The notes: a model not told the origin generated them from the letters alone. A DNA stretch of 64,000 nucleotides from the human T2T-CHM13v2.0 reference genome, Homo sapiens (GCF_009914755.1 NC_060939.1), one strand, 5' to 3'; positions 25,151-40,255 are shown, counted from the stretch's first letter. Numbers and translations: made by a program.

Positions 25151-28100
25151 AATATCATGGTATATGTCATGAGGGAAATGAGTGAGCAAGCCATGCTGCA
25201 TTATGCATCTTCCCACAGCGTGGCATAAATCGGAACCATCAAGCTCTCTGCACACTGGTCGGCTCATTACCAGAATTGCATGCTTAGCTGTGGGTCAGCA
25301 GAGAAGCACTCTGGCATTTAGGAGTGTGTGGGGAGTCTGCTCAGCATCTGCCTGCATATTGCCCAAGTCCAGATGGTACTGTGTTACTGTCACTAACATG
25401 AGCACGCGACGTCACAAATTACCCCTTTTTCTGTCTTCATCGATCCCACTTTCTCTCTCCCCTGTGAAATTAAGAAACAGAACAACAATAAACTAAAAAT
25501 TGAAGCATATATACACCATACATCAGTCTGATAAGTTTCCTCCCATGGAATCCTGCCATCGCTGAGGCATCTCATATAACACACCGAGCTGCTGGTTGAC
25601 TATTGCTCACTGTGTAGCTATGGCCACATGTGCTTGTGCACAGTCACCACCCTGCATCTAGCATATTATCATTTATTTCATTGTTCCATAAAGTGTGCAG
25701 AGATGCAGAGGACGGAAAGCACCAGGGCTCTCTGGTGCAATTCAATTTAGTCAAATATCAAACATCCACATAGAGTAAATGGAACATGAGTAAAGAATCT
25801 GATCCAACTGCCTACTGGTGTAATTGACTCAACAGAGCCAGCCTGTGTCATTAGTCCTATAAACAGTTGCATTTACAACAATAAAACTGAAAAGCATGGA
25901 AATTAAAAGCTGTTAGGATTTTCTCTGGTGTGCATTTATCTTTGAAGAAGTGTGTACACTCTCTAAACAAATTTTTTTAAATCTCTTTGGTAAACTGGCA
26001 TCATAGCAACCTGTGTCAACAGTACCTTATGTATCAAATGGTGATCAAATTTGAGATAGGTGAAAGGAGAGTGGGAGACAGTGGGGGTGATGTACTAATT
26101 TAAATGTCTAATATGTGAATTCAGTGTCGATTTAATGGCACGGCATCAAGCCTCTGAACAGTAATCTAGGGGTGTATCTGTAAAATGGAAGTTATTTTGG
26201 CAAATACTGTAAATACGATATTCATTGTCACACAGAATATGTAGCTTAAATAACTGTTAGCCTGCAAGTTCAGCCTGTGGTATCTTAATAGTATTTATCC
26301 CGAGTGACTGTACTACTTGAAGGACAAGTGCCCCCTAATAATGTTTGGCTGATTAGCAGAACTCTGTCAAACAAGCAGAAAACACTCTATAGGGGCGGCC
26401 TTTTTACTCACCCCTCCCATTTCCATCACTGTTAAAATGAAACTTGAGCTTGTCTTTGTGCATTCTCATGTCAACAATGAAGAACTAGAATATCTTTCTG
26501 TCCCTGGTGCTATACCCCTGGACCACTTAACCAAAAATTGCGAGAGTATATTACAAGGTTAAAGAGCAGAGAGCTCAGAGATTGTTATAGTTCTCATTAA
26601 GTGATGTTTCTATGCACTGACTGCAGGTGAATGAATACATATTTCCATCTGAAAATGTTCAGACTTGGTAAAGATGACTTTAACTAGGGAGATGTTGTTC
26701 ATGGAGAGGAGCATTTATGAGTTTTCATGGCAGCAGTCCTCATAGATTATGTGGTTTGCAGCAAGATGGGATATGACCATTGAGATGACATAAGACTTTG
26801 ACATTTCAGGCCTCCCTGGAGTAGGCAGCGTGAAGAGCCTTAGGATTGGTCCAGAACTCCTCAAATCCCAAACTGGAATTTGTGGTTTCATATACACATC
26901 GATAGATTTAAGTATGGCTTATGTAAGATTTCTCTTTTCTTAAATTTCATGTTATTTCTGCAGAAGAGAGAACATTAAACTCATAGGTTTTCCAATCTTT
27001 CACAAAACTTTCTACCTCTAACATGAAAAACTACTTTTGCAAACACATATTCAAGTAACAAATTGCAAGAAAGAAAAAAAAAGCACAAATTTAAATAAAA
27101 ACAAACCCTATTGCAATCCAAAGAAGGCCATGAAGATTTGAACACACTTTGTACTCCTAAAGTTTTTACCACCAAAATTACCTTAAATTAAATTTCTATG
27201 AATAGAAATCAAAGTTTTATTTAAAGAGACACTATAATATAACCCCTCTCTTCTAATTCCATATATTTATATGGACTGATGTTAAATATGATTAGAAAAT
27301 TATAAAGAAATACCTTTTAAAACTAAAAACATGTCATTTTCACATTGATTTTCAAATCTGGACACGGTAAATGTAAAGGAAAGTGGGACCTTCTGAATCT
27401 ACACAAACTTTCAATAATAGACACATATATGTAAGCCAGTGAAGGAGCCACCAATTTGTTTTATATTTAGAGGTTTAAAACTATAAATAATAAACAATAG
27501 TGTTGCTTATTGAAAACTTAGCTCACCAGTTGGTTTCCAAAAGTTGAACAAATCTGTTCTCATATTAGACACTTCATGGAAATGCTAGTAAGAATGTAAT
27601 TCCATAGGAGGCTTAACAGTCCCCGAGGTTTGTGACAAATATGCTATAAAGCTCGATAACTCATATCCAAAATGCATCTCTAACAAGTACTTTGAACAAT
27701 GCTCTATTGTTCTTATTTAACAGTTTAAAAATCCAGGGATGGGGAGAAGAGATCAGAATACAAACACACCTCAGATATATCATGGGTTGAGTTCCAGATC
27801 ATGGCAATAAAGAAAATCTTGCAATAAAGCAAGTCACAATTTTTTTCCAGTACATATGAAAGTTATGTTTATGCTACACTGTGGTCCATAAAGTATGCCA
27901 TAGTATCATGTCTAAGAAAAGTAGGCATACCTTAATTAAAAATACTTGACTGCTAAAAAATGCTAATAATGATCTAAGCCTTCAGGAAATTGTAATCTTT
28001 TAGCTGGTTGAGGGTCTTGCCTCTATGTGGATCGCTACTGACTGGGTGGTGGTTGTTGAAGGCTGGAGTGGCTGTGGCAATTTCTTAAAATAAGACAATA

Positions 28101-29173
28101 ATGAAATCTGCTGTATCAATTGAATCTTCCCTTCACAAAAGATTTCTCTATAGCATGTGATGCTGGTTGATAGTATTTAAACCACAGTAGAATATCTTTC
28201 AAAATTGGAAACAATGCTCTCAAACCTTGCTGCTATTATATCAACTAAGTTTATGTAATATTTTCAATCCTTTGTTGTCATTTCAACAATGTTAACAGCA
28301 TCTTCACCAGGGGTAGATTCCACTTCAAGGGACTGCTTTTATTGCTCATCTATAAGAAACAACTCCTTGTCCATTCAAGTTTTACCATGAGAGTGCAGCA
28401 ATTCAGTCTCACCTTCAGGTTCCACTTCTTATTCTAGGTCTCTTACTATTTTCACCACATCTGCAATTACTTCCTCCAATGAAGACTTGACCCTCAAACT
28501 AATTTATGAGGGCTGGAATCAACTTCTTCCAAATTCCTGTTAATGTGGATATTTTGACCTCCTCTCATGAATCACAAATGTTCTTAATGGCACCTAGAAC
28601 GGTGAATCTTTTTCAGAAGATTTTCAATTGACTTTGCCCAGTTCCAACAGAGGAATCACTATCTATGGCACTATAGCCCTAAAAAATGTATTTCTTAAAT
28701 AATAACATTTGAAAGTTTAAATTACTCATTGATCTATCAGCTTCAAAATGGATTATGTTAGCAGTCATATAAACAACATTAATCTCGTTGTATATCACCT
28801 TCGGAGCTCTTGGGTGACCAGGTGCATTGCCAATCAGCAGTAACATTTTGAAAGGAATCTTTTTTCCTCTCAGCAGTAGTCAACAATGGGCTTAAAATAT
28901 TTAGTAAACCTTGCTATAAATAGATATGCTGTCATCCAGGCTTTGTTGTTCCATTTAGCATAATTCTTATGAGCCCTGGGATTTTCCGAATGGTAAATGA
29001 GCAGTGGCTTCAACCTAAAGTCACTAGCTGCATTAGTGACTGACTTTCCCTAACAAGAGAGTCAGCCTGTCCTTTGAAGCTTTGAAGCCCAGCATCGACT
29101 TCTCCTCTCTCAATAGCAAAGTTCTAGATTGTACCTTCTTCCAATAGAAGGCTGCTTTGTCTATATTGAAAAT

Positions 29174-29461
29174 CTACTGTTTAGTGTAGCCACCTTCATC
29201 GATGATCTTAGCTGGATCTTCTGGATAACTTGCTGCAGCATCTCCATCAGCACTTGCTGCTTCACCTTGCATTTTCATATTATGGAGATGGTTTCTTTCC
29301 TTAAACTTCATTAACCAACCTCTACTAGCTTCCACCTTTTCTTTTGCAGCTTCTTCAGCTCTCTCAGTCTTCGCAGAATTAAAGAGAGTTAGGGCCTCAC
29401 TCTGGGTTAGGTTTCGGCTTATGGAATGTTGTGGCTGGTTTGATTTTCTATTAATACCCAT
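29174..29461 (-). pseudogene. Decayed Tigger1 transposase segment (CENP-B-type HTH / linker)
   Basis: ORF peptide ALTLFNS...[13 protein letters not shown]...QGEAASAD...[19 protein letters not shown] resembles the Tigger1/TIGD1 transposase; disrupted by stops and frameshifts. Confidence 0.9.
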
Positions 29462-29726
29462 AAAACTTGCTCCACATCAGCAATAAGGCTGTTTCACTTT
29501 CTTATCATTTGTATATTTACTGGGGTGACACTTTTAATTTTCTTCAAGAATTTTTCCTTTGTATTCATAACTAACTGGTGCATGAAGCCTAGCTATTGGT
29601 TAGTCTCAACCTTCATCATGCCTTTCTGACTATGACTAAGCTTAAAGGTTTCTGCCTTTTGATTTGAAGTGAGAGATGTGCAACTCTTCCTTTCATTTGA
29701 AAACTTAGAGATCATTTAGAGTTATT

Positions 29727-30046
<320 letters not shown>

Positions 30047-30713
30047 CATTTAGGGTTATTAATTGGCCTAATTTCACTATTGTTGTGCCTCAGGGAATAG
30101 GGAGGCCGGAGGAGATGAAGAGAGATGGGAGAACGGCTGTTTGGTGGAGCAGTCAGAATACACTCAGCACTTACCAATGAAGTTTGCAGTCCTGCATAGG
30201 TGCAATTCATGGTGCCCCAAAGCAAGTACAATAGTAACATCAAAGATCACTATAACAGATATAAAAATAATGAAAATGTTTGAAATATTGCAACAATTAC
30301 CAAATCACATTTTTGTGATACAGAGACACATATAGAGTACACCTTGTTAGAAAAATGAGGCCGACAGTCTTGCTTGACACTGGGTTGCCATAAACTTTCA
30401 TTTAGTGAAAAACACAATTATCTGTGAAGCGCAATAAAGCAAAACACAGGAAAACGAGGTGTGTCTGCTCTCAGTCCTTACAGCTGCCAGTTTCTTGTTG
30501 CCAATACCCATGAAGGGACTTTGAAAGAGCTACATTGATGAGAATGGAAATCTATTATCATAGAGGAGAGACTGGAATCACAGCTATTTAGAAGTAAAAT
30601 GAGTTAAGTTAAAAAAAAAAAAAAGTGAAAATGCCCTGGTTGACAAGAACTTGGAAAAATGGCTGTGTCAGAAACGTACAGTGCAGAATTATAAAATGTT
30701 TTCTTTCCTATGA

Positions 30714-31151
<438 letters not shown>

Positions 31152-31727
31152 CAGAGACTGAGTTTGACCAAGAAGATTTGAGCTGTGAGACTTTTCCTTG
31201 CTTAATGTCAGTTAATAAAATGATAAAGAAAAATAATACCTGCAAAAGAAGAAATAATAACTCGAATAATGTAACACAGATTCCAGATAGTTGAAACTTG
31301 AAGGAGAATCTGAGGAGAAGTATGGCAGGTACCTGTGTATTGACCAAAGCCAGGGTCATAAGGGGAACACTGGAGTTATATGTAAAACATTACCCAAACC
31401 TATGTATTCCAGAGCCTCTGTGCATATTACATTAGTTATTTCCCTTCTGTTTTGTAGAACCAGTGCCAATAAATTAAGTAGTTGAAAATCCACATTGTCT
31501 CACATGTTCTGCCCCTGGTTTGGTAGCCTAGAATTGACTTTAGTCCAGAAGAAGTCAAAATGTACTCTCTGCAAATTGGCTGTAGATTGTAACTGTTTTA
31601 ATAACAATTAGGAGTAGCCTGTAGGGGATGTGAGAATAGAACCAGAAATAAATAATAATCTTCTGGGGCAAAAGAAAGTCAAAAAGCAAGAGTTATTCTG
31701 TACTTATTTTCTAATTTGCTTGCATAT

Positions 31728-31846
31728 TATTATGAACTGAGTTGTGTTCCTCCAAACTGTATATGTTGAAGCCCATCCAGTTCAATCACTTGAACTCACC
31801 CAGTCTTTGGTATTTCATTATGGTGGCACAAGCAGACTAGCATACA
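31728..31846 (+). mobile_element. Internally deleted MLT1-type LTR retaining both ends
   Basis: 5' tattatgaactgagttgtgttcctccaaa...atatgttgaagccc joined to 3' cacccagtctttggtatttcattatgg...cagactag. Confidence 0.65.
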
Positions 31847-31884
31847 TGTATTATTGTACTTTGGTATATATTTACTATTATTTA

Positions 31885-32040
31885 TACGATTCTCAGAGAA
31901 ATTGTATGAGAGACATATTATTGCTTTCATTTTTAGGTGACAAAAGGAAGCTTAGTTTCTAATTAATTGACCGAGTTTACAAAGCTGGCAGGTGGATAAC
32001 TCTGAAATGAACCCAGGTCTTATTACTCTGATTACCATGA
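31885..32040 (-). mobile_element. MIR fragment
   Basis: cattttt...aaagctggcaggtgg...tgaacccaggtctt. Confidence 0.55.
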
Positions 32041-34085
32041 ACCTTGTTTATCCCAGCTTAGTAGAGTAAAGGCTGAATTTATTAAAGAACTGCAGATTTC
32101 AATTCCAACTGTCTGACTCATAAGTGGATGAGTTTTGAGAAAAATATTCTCTCTTAGAACCCTACTTTACTTATGCATGAAAGAATGATAATAATGATAT
32201 ATTTAAGGTTGTCATCTATAAGGTTGATGTGGGATGATGCAAGGGCTGGATGCATTTACTGCATCTCTACGTGCTTAATAATTGTTAGCGCCTCTGTTCT
32301 CTGTGACTTCTTCTATCTTACATTGGAAAGAAACATGTTTTCACAGCTTTATTGGAGTATAATTGGCATACAACCAACTGCCCATAATTAAGTGTTGCAA
32401 TTTGTTATTTTGACATCACATACACTGTGAAACCATCACTCCTCTTACTTCCTCCATCCTATATTTTTCCAAGAAGTTTTGTAGTTTTAGTTTTTACATT
32501 TAGATTTAGACTCATGTGATCTACAAATGTATTTTTGTCTATGATAGAAGGACTAGATCAAAGCTATTATCTTTTACATTTGGATATTCATTTGTCCCAG
32601 AATCATTTGTTGAAAAGGCATGTTTTCTTCACTGAATTGTCTTTGCATCTTTGTAAAAGTCAGCCGTCCATATATATGTGTGTTGTTTCTGGATTCTCTT
32701 CTGTCCCCTCAGTGTATTTGTTTAGCTTTACATCAAGACCTCACTGTCTTTATTAATCTCACAATATAAGAAGCCTTAAAACCAGTTGGTGTTAATTATC
32801 CAACTTTGTCCTTTTAAAAAAAAAATTAACTTTGTTCTCAGAAGCTTTTTACATTTCCACATACATTTAAATTTCTACCATAAAAGCCTGCTACCATTTT
32901 AACTGGGATTCTTCAATTTAAATACTGATTTGGGGAAAATTGACAACTTGAAATATTGAATCTTCTTACCCAGGAACAAGGGGTATGCCTCTCCATTTAT
33001 TCTTTAATTTTCCTTAGCAAAGCTTTGTAGTTTTCGTTGTGAGGGTCTTGAATATTTTTGTCAGATTTTATTCCTCAATATTTCAAATTGAGTGAAGCTA
33101 TTGTAAGTAGTATTTTTTAAAAATCCAATTTTGGAAATTTATTGCTAGCATACAGAAATATTGTTTTTTACTTAACAATCTTGTATCTTGCAACTTTGAT
33201 AAACTTATTTATTACGATTAGGAGTTTTGTGTGAATTCCACTGAATTTTCTACATAGTCAATCATGTAATCAGATAATAGAGTTAGATTACTGACTTATT
33301 TATTTTTTCCTTTCCCATTTGGATGCCTTTTATTTATTTTTCTTACATTACTACACTGGCTAGTGCTTCCAATACAATATTGAAAAGACGTGGTGAGAAT
33401 GAAAATTTTGGCTTTGTTCCAGATCCAATCAGGAAGCATTTAGTCTTTCACAATTAATTAAACGTTTGTTTTAGGTTTTTCATAGATGTGCTTTATCAGG
33501 TTTACAAAGTTCCCATCTATTCCTTGTTTGCTGATAGTATTTTTTTTTCTAATCAGGAATAAATGTTGGATTCTGTCAATTTATTTTTTTTTTGGTCTAT
33601 TGAGAAAATCATACAGATTTACAGATTTTATTTTTTAGTTAGTTAATGTGGTGAATTCATTGATTGTTTTGCAATGCTAAACCAACTATGCATTTCTGAA
33701 ACAAACCTCCTTGGTCAGGATATATTATACTTTATATTTGTTGTTAGATTCGATCTACTATAATTTCTTTATAGATGTGGGGCTACTTAAGTCTTCTATT
33801 TCATCTTGAGTGAGTTTTGACAAAGTTTGTATATTTCAAGGAGTTTGTCTATTTCATTTGCTGTAAAATTTATTGACATAATAATCGCTAATATTACTCC
33901 TTTAATATCTTTGTAATATATATAAAATATGTAGTGCTATAATTTTTCTCATTCCTGATAGTGATAATTGGTGTCTTGTCAGTTTTTTTCCTGATCAGTA
34001 TGGTTAGAGGCTTAACAGTTTTATTTATTACTTCTGAAAAAAGATTTTTGGTTTTATTCCTTTTCTCTATTGTTTTTCTAATTTC

Positions 34086-34356
34086 TTTTCTTGTTTTTTT
34101 TTTTTGGAGACAATCTTGCTCTGTTGCCCAGGCTGGATTGCAGTGGTGCAACAGGTTCAAACAGTTCTCCTGCCTCAGCCTCTTGAGTATCTGGGACTAC
34201 AGTTGCGCATCACCACGCTGATATTTTTGTGTTTTAATAGAGACGGGGTTTCACCATGTTGCCCAAGCTAGGTCTTGAACTCCTAAGCTTAGGCAATCCT
34301 CCTGCCTGGGCCTCCCAAAGTGCTGGGATTGCAAATGTGAGCCACCATGCCCGGCC
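34086..34356 (-). mobile_element. Older Alu (AluJb/early S-like) with a ~30-nt internal deletion
   Basis: Dimer with gtggtgca|acaggttcaa junction in the right arm; flanked by tctaattt on both sides. Confidence 0.9.
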
Positions 34357-34854
34357 TCTAATTTGTATTTTATTGTTTCTTCTTCTATTATTATTATTAT
34401 TATTTTCTGTCTTCTGCTTCTGTTGGGTTTTATTTCCTATTTCTCTAATATCTTAAGAAAGAAGTTGTAGTCATTGATTTGAAGCCTCTCACATTACAAA
34501 TTTTTCCAAAAGTACTGACTTTCAAAATCCACAAAATTTGATATGTTTTCATTTTCATTTAATTGAAAATAACTTCTAGTTTCTCCATTGCTTTATTTTT
34601 ATCAAGGGGCTATTTAGAAATGTGTTGTTTAGTTTTCAGATACTTGGGAATTCTCCGAGATCTCTTTGTTATTTTTTATTTAATTCTATGGTGACTAGAG
34701 AGCATATTTTATAAGCCCTGACTTATTTTAAATTTATTGTTACTGTTTTAAGGTTCAAAGTATAGTCTGCCTTGATAAATGTTCCATTTGTGCATGAATA
34801 TAATGTGTATTCCACCATACTTGAAATGTCAATTAGGACAAGTAAGTTGATAGT

Positions 34855-35119
34855 CTTGTTGCCCAGGCTGGAGTGCAGGGCACGATACCGGCTCACTGCA
34901 ACCTCCGCCTCCCAGCTTCACGCCATTCGCTTGCCTCAGCCTCCTGAGTAGCTGGGACTACAAGCGCCTGCCACCACACCCAGCAAATTTTTTATATTTT
35001 TAGTAGAGATGGGGTTTCACTGTGTTAGCCAGGATGGTCTCGATCTCCTGATCTCATGATCTGCCTGCCTTGGCCTCCCAAAGTGCTGGGATTACAGGCG
35101 TGAGCCACCGCGCCCTGCC
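34855..35119 (-). mobile_element. AluY-like element lacking a poly(A) tail
   Basis: cacgccattc and gtgttagccaggatggtctcgatctcctga signatures; perfect direct repeat TAAGTTGATAGT at 34843-34854 and 35120-35131. Confidence 0.9.
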
Positions 35120-37225
35120 TAAGTTGATAGTTTTATTCTGTTTTTACCCTTACTGGTTTCTCTATAATTCTTCTATTAATTATTGAGAGAGGAACACTGA
35201 AGTTCCCAGCTATTATTTTGGATTTGTCTATTTCTCCTTTCAACTCTATAAGGCTTTACATTGTGTATTTTAAAGTGTTGTTATTAGGTACATGGAAATT
35301 TTGTATTATAATGTTCACTGATGAAATGACATCTTTATCATTATGTAATGGCTTTCTTTTTCCCTGGTAATATTCTTTGACTGGAAATATATTTTGTCAG
35401 ATATTAATATAATCTCTCTAGGTTTCTTTTTACTAGTGCTAGCATAGTATGTCTTCTTAAATCCTTTTAATTATAAACTATTTATGGATTTATATTTAAA
35501 TTCTGTTTCCTATAGTCAGCTATGTTTCCTATAGTTGGATCTTGCTTTTTGACCCAACTGAACACTCTCTCCCTTTTAAGGAGGTGCTTAGACCAGTTAT
35601 ATTTAATCTAATTGTTGACACGTTTAGATCAAATCTAACATATCACTATGTTTTTTATTTTTGTCTCATCTATTGAAGTTGATGTGACTTTTTTTCCGAA
35701 TGCTTTCATTCTTATCACTGATTTTCTGCACTTGAATATAATATGATTTGGTGTAATTTTCTCTTCTTGGCATTAATTGAGTTTTTTGGATCTTTGGGTT
35801 TGTAATTTTTATCACATAACAAAAAATGTAATTTCATTGTTTCTTCAGATATCTCTTTGGTATCCCCCTCCTTCTCTCTTTTACAGATTTTCAATTATAT
35901 ATGTATTAGCCTGCTAGAAATTGACCCACAGCTTACTGATACTCTTTCTAAATTTGTATTATATTTCTCTTTGTATTCTCTTTTGAATTGTTGCTATTAG
36001 TATGTCTTCAAGTTCATTAATCTTTTCTTCTGTAAAGTCTAATCTGTTGTTATTACCATCCTGTATAATTTTAACCTCAGTAACTGTACTTTTTACCTGT
36101 AGACATTCAATCTAAATATTTTTAATATTTGTTATGCTTCTATTTAACCTTATTAGCATATGTACTGCAGCTGTAATCATTGTTTTATGTTCTTGTATGC
36201 CAATTCTAATATCTCGATCAGTGCTTGGTCAGTTTCAGTTGATTTATGGTTATATTTTCTAGTTCTTTCTATGACTGGTAAACCTTGTTTGGATGCCAGG
36301 CACTGTGAACTTTACCTTCATTGTTTCTTGATATTTTTGTATTCTTATAAACATTTTTTTAGCTTTTTCCTGGGATGCAGTCATTTGAAAACAATTTGAC
36401 CCTTTCAGCTCTTTATTTTAATATTTGTTACATGGGATTAGGGTTTTGTCTACAGCTACTTCTTTCCCATGATTGAGTAAAGATCTTTCTGAATAATCCA
36501 CCCAATGCCCATTCTGGCTGATGAAAACAGGAATTGTTTCTGTTTCCATCTGGGCACCAAGCATTGTTCTTTCTACTCTCTTTGGATGGTTCTTTTCATA
36601 ACGTCATATACAGATTAGCAGTCAGCTGAATACTTAAGGGGATGATTTTGTCTTGAAAATTCTCACCACGTTGGTATCTCAGGCCAATCTCCTTAACTCC
36701 GGGAGCCCTCTTCCCTGTGCCATGGCCCAGAAACTCATTCAAGGCGGGAATCTGGGGCAGTCATCGGGCTCACCTTCATTATTTACCATTTCTCAGGGAT
36801 GACTGTTCTTTCTTTTCTAATGTCCAGTGTCTTGAAAAACCACTGATTCAAGCCATTTTTCTTTCTATTTACTTATTTTTGGTTGTTCACGGTGGGAGGA
36901 TCAATTTTATTCCAGTTACTCTCTCCTGATTGGAAACAAAAACCCCAAGACATTCTTTATCAAGTAAATAATTACTAAGGAAGAAAATGTTACCAGAAAA
37001 AGGCTTTGTAACACATGAGAAATAATGAATAAGAATAATGATGAGGGTGATTATATTTGTATATCTTTTCACAATATGCTTGCAATGACCCATTTTACAT
37101 TTTCACAAAGTAGGTCCACTTTTTAAATAATTTAGTGACCGAATAACTTGGCATATAAATAAATTTATTTTATACATATATTATTTGCTAAGAAGACAAT
37201 CAAGTTTTTAAAGATATGAACGTAG

Positions 37226-37582
<357 letters not shown>

Positions 37583-37919
37583 ATAAACTGTGTTGTTAAG
37601 CAATTTTTTGTTTGCTTCTAGATTTAGAATATTGCTTGTACAACAGTAATCTCTTAATAACACTTTATCTTCTTTTATGCATTCCTTTATCTTATCTAAG
37701 TCAGTCAGTCTTCATGTAGTCCACTATAATGGTGAACATTTCACTTTTGCTGATAATGCAAATATTCACATACAAACCAAGTCCTAGGAATTTCTCCCCA
37801 AGTAAAGAAACTTTGGTCATAATGTCTGTGTTGCGATGAGCAGATGAAACATTTCCATTCTTAATATATTTATTACCATAAAGAGGAAATAATATGTTTC
37901 TACATTTCAGAAAGTAGTA

Positions 37920-37963
37920 CTAGGTTGGTGTAAAAGTAATGGTGGTTTTTGCCATTATTTTAA
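37920..37963. mobile_element. MADE1 (Hsmar1 MITE), half copy
   Basis: ta|ctaggttggtgtaaaagtaatggtggtttttgccatta = one Hsmar1-type TIR. Confidence 0.8.
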
Positions 37964-40216
37964 AATTTTCAAAACATGGGAGCTTCTGGGCAAGAATCAT
38001 GTTATCTGTCGTGGTTTCCAGAAAAGCCAGATAGATATAATGAGTAATCTTCAATGTCAGCATGAAGCAAATTACTCAATTACTAATGGCCACATTTCTT
38101 TGAATTTTTATATTTTACGACTTACTTTTTGAGATAACTGGTAGGAAAATCCTTCCTTTGAGTAAATATATTTGTACAACCATGTAATGAAGCAGAGAAT
38201 AGCAGCTATCATAAGAATTGGTGATTTATGCAGTCACTTTAGACCCCAATTTTTAGACCTAACAATGAATCTATAAATACATCATCGTATAATTCCACTG
38301 CCAGTTTTGGTGAAGTGGTTCTTGCTTAATATGGTTGCTAATAACATACTAAATTTGAAATCTGGATTACCCATAAAACGTAGGGAAAGATCTAGAAAGG
38401 AGATTTCTGAGTATAGAGATGAATAAACAATACAAAATTGCTAGGAAACAGCCACCACTCAGAAGAAAAAACATTCTGGATATTAGTACGCAAAAGGGCA
38501 CAGCATGGTATTTTTGAGTTGTTTTCATACCTCCTGAACAAGGCAGAAGAATTTGCCTCCTTTCCAAGAATTCTGTATGGAGCCATAATCCTAATGCAAA
38601 AATTTATAATTAAAAAAAATTTCTCTCTAGGCACTTCTCCACTGTAGGGAGTTTATTTTTGTTTTTGTTTTGTTTTTATGCCCTAATTCTTAGAGGAGAT
38701 AAAAGATTCTCTATTATTATAGAAAAAGTGAGATGGGAAACCTTGAGTATAGTAATAAACTATATGGGAAATGAAATTGTTTATTTTAGCAACCAAATAA
38801 GGGCTTGCTTTGATTATACACAGAATAAATCTAAGATTGGCTTTCTGCTCTACCAGTCTGAGTTTACATAAAGACGTGCTTTTAACACCTCTATAAATAC
38901 TGCTAATATCAGGGGGGACATGATTGGTTTAGAGATAAGCACTGTTGAGATGCAACCTGGGATGATCTTATACAGAATCAGTCACCAGAAAAAGTATTCA
39001 GAGCTGACCTCCCACTCCCACTGCCCAAGCCCAGATCACTCCCACGCATCGTGATGAAATACTGAGACGCAGCAGGTGTTAGACTTAATTCTCGGGAGAA
39101 ATCCTATTTAGAAAAGAAAATGAATAAATAAATATATGAATGAAAAGAAGGCAGGAAGCCAAAACACATGCCCCCGGCTGCCTCTATCTGATGCAAATTA
39201 CACATAGGGGCCTTCCTCACAGACAGCCCAAGCTTACTTCTCTTCAAAACGTCAAGAGAGTTAACATGGGAGAATGGAGAATCATCCCATACACTTTGAG
39301 TTGCCAGCTGCAAAGTGTTTCTTGAACAGCAATTAAACACATGCTGGGGGACCATCACAAGGGCCAGAGCCAGGGAGCTGGTGCCACTGACGTGAGGATT
39401 CTCAATCTCAGGGTCCTCGGGCTGCAACTTGCCAGGGTGCGGGTGTCACAGGGCTGAAACCCATTCCCAGGCGCTGACCTCCCCTCTGTTGAAATGGATT
39501 TGTTCTGTCACGTGCAGCGAAGACCTCTTCATGTGTCAGGTGCACCCCATAACCTTTGTGCTAATTCCCATGACATCCTCTGTGTCTCACTGTAGGATTC
39601 TGTGAGCAGGTCTTTCCAAGAGCAAGGAGAACAAAAGATTCTTCGGCACATCTGAAGAGGGCTGGTTGAGTGTGCCTGAATGTAGGGTCATGGTTTGAAA
39701 AAGGCTGAGAACCCCCTACCTTGCACTAAAACGTTTTCAATACACTGAGACACATTTTTTTTTAAATGTGCTCCTATAAGCCATGTTAGGCCCCGTTCAT
39801 TTGTGTATTCAGTTCAATTGCATCTGAATCAATTGGTTCCCAAATGAGTGAATACAAGAAAATCTAAGATGTCATTTTCACTCTCTTATTTTCTTCTCTT
39901 TTAAAAACTATAAATTAAGCCATCTTGGATCAAAACTGTGTTGTAGATCAGAGGATTTCAGAAGGGAAAAGAGTACTACAATAATTATACGCCGATTCCA
40001 GCATAATTCACACGTAAAACCCTCTGAGGGTTAAACATTCTCTGCAGATAATTTCTTTAGCTATTTCTTAAAACTAAAGATTGCAGTAATATAGCAGTCA
40101 TGTAAACACTGGTTGGAAGAATAAGCATTTTCTTTAGCTCAGTTCATGTATATTGTAAATCACTGTAACAGCTGTTTACTTGGTGTATCAATGAGGGCTC
40201 TAAACAGGAAATGAAG

Positions 40217-40217
<1 letters not shown>

Positions 40218-40253
<36 letters not shown>
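40218..40253. repeat. (TG)18 microsatellite
   Basis: Perfect dinucleotide run with a degenerate extension to ~40264. Confidence 0.98.

Positions 40254-40255
<2 letters not shown>

Larger units (their letters stand above)
32335..36940 (-). mobile_element. Ancient L1M LINE (L1MC/MD/ME class), internally deleted, carrying two Alus
   Basis: 3' end cagctttattggagtataattggcatacaa; antisense ORF2 motifs (ttgtcccagaatcatttgttgaaaag, gaagcatttagtctttcac, gttcccatctattcct); 5'-region-like sequence near 36500-36940. Confidence 0.85.
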
